Of a stretch of DNA of 64,000 bases, positions 59,679 through 64,000 are shown in pieces. The position numbers were made by a program, and so were the translations under genes. Origin of the DNA: the human T2T-CHM13v2.0 reference genome, Homo sapiens; the NCBI RefSeq assembly GCF_009914755.1, contig NC_060927.1; one strand, written 5' to 3'. A model generated the notes under the pieces. That model worked only from the letters and a program-made list of their open reading frames with translations. It did no database searches and was not told the DNA's origin. How positions within the stretch are numbered: position 1 is the first letter of the stretch; every line of letters begins with the position of its first letter.

Positions 59679-61240
59679 ATTGAAAGTACAGAGCGATACC
59701 TTACAATATCAATTACATAAAATTTAATTTAAAAACCACTGTGTATTGTTTATATGATTTACATACAAATTGAAAGCATAAATACATGGACTTAATGGCT
59801 ACTCTCCTGCTTCAAAAGAGTGGTTTTTTGGGGGACAGAGGGAAATAAATCTAGATAGAGTCACGAAGCATAATTCAACTGAATTAATACATTTTAATCT
59901 TGAAAAGATAAAATGTATGAAACAAAAAAAAATTAAAATTGAATTCCGGCATTGCTTCTGAGTTAATAAAATGTTAATATTTGTCCATATTTGAGAAGTA
60001 ACAACCCAGAGGCACCCTTCAGATCTTTGCTTCTGAAATTAGATCTTGAGCCACATCTCAAAAGTGGCCAGGCTGCATGTAACCTGCGTGTTGTGGATTG
60101 CTTATTTCTCACTGGCTCAGATCTTTATCTCTGTGAACTCGGTCTAAGCCTCTGCTTCTTGTTGGGGTGAGCCCTGCCTGTACAGTTCTTATAGGACTAG
60201 GGTAGAAGGTGGAAGTGTGTCTTCTTTGTAGCCATGGGTGTGTGAAGCCAGAGAAGCCACTAGTCAGTAGAAGCAAGAGGTATGTAGATACTGGAAGCTC
60301 TTCCCAGCCTCAGATGCAAGGGGCCCTTTTTATACACGGGTCAGGAGGATCTTTTCCATTTTGACATCATCCTTTGTCTTACAGCACAAAGTCTCCCAGA
60401 TCTTTCTCCAAAGGCAAGCCAACTGTGTGACCCTGCCCTTAAAAAATATATTTATTTGTATTTTTTTCCATTATAATGCTCTGTCCTTAAAGTGAGGATT
60501 CTATGGTTATGGCAACTAGAAATGGAATATACATAAAGCCCTTTAACTCTATCTGGTTATTCTTGTGGTTAAGGTGATGACTGTGTTCTTCCTCTGTTTT
60601 GTCTCCCTTCCACAAGGTCTGGTTCACTTAAACAATTTCTCCCAAATTTAGTAGTTAAACTCTTATTTCTTTGGGCCAGATTTATGCCCTTCCCTAGATT
60701 CTCTTTCTGATCAAGATTCGCCCTCACAACATCTACTCACCTTTTACAAGTGTTCTCCTAAACTTTTATGTTACAAAAAGTATCCCATTCATGACAGTTC
60801 CCTATTTCATTTTCCTTTGTATTGCTTTGCTGCTTTAATACATTACTATCACAAGAATAGTCACATCCTCTATTATTCAAACTTGCCACACTAAACCATG
60901 TAAATGTGTAACTTCTAATCCTCTCTTTCCAGGCTAATCTCTTAACCATGCCCTGATGCTGGATTTAGAAATAACATTGTCCCATATCCAGGTAGAGCTG
61001 TGACCTAGTTTCTGAGTCCATTGTTTCAAGGTTTGCATGTTACTGTGGTCCTTTTTGATTCATTGCCTCCTGTAATCGACACTCTCCACTATTCTTGCAA
61101 TAGGCACCAAGGCTCAGGGTAGTTCTCTATATGCCACATCCTGGATATTTCTTTTACTAAGGACTGTTTCCTTTTGTGGGAACACAGATGTGGGGACACA
61201 TATCCTAGAGATGTCTAGACCAAGAGAATTCCATGTACGG

Positions 61241-64000
<2,760 letters not shown>

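Larger units (their letters stand above)
54300..59960 (+). mobile_element. Composite of very old L1ME/L1MC/HAL1-type fragments
   Basis: A-rich L1 ORF1-like stretch (54650-55450), L1MC-like 3' UTR (55750-56430), ORF2-like stretch (56450-59400); heavily diverged. Confidence 0.65.

Overview
AT-rich, CpG-poor primate (human-like) non-coding genomic DNA. Most of it is interspersed repeats: L1 elements of many ages, Alu, MIR, L2, MaLR/ERV LTRs, an ERVL pol remnant and DNA-transposon relics. I find no intact protein-coding gene, RNA gene or CRISPR array. The one host-gene-derived feature is a near full-length processed pseudogene of ribulose-5-phosphate 3-epimerase (RPE; 40387-43297, + strand) with a 15-bp target-site duplication (TSD). 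The recognisable ORFs in the track are L1 ORF2 fragments or this pseudogene; the rest look like chance ORFs. I found no evidence for a new biological system. The most unusual items are insertion and repair footprints: two L1s inserted at the same site (a triplicated target sequence), a stop-containing 31-nt insert at the RPE exon1/exon2 junction, a 27-bp micro-L1, and a hairpin/tandem-duplication scar near 28.2-28.4 kb. Subfamily names come from recalled consensus sequences and need RepeatMasker/Dfam confirmation; boundaries of old repeats are approximate.
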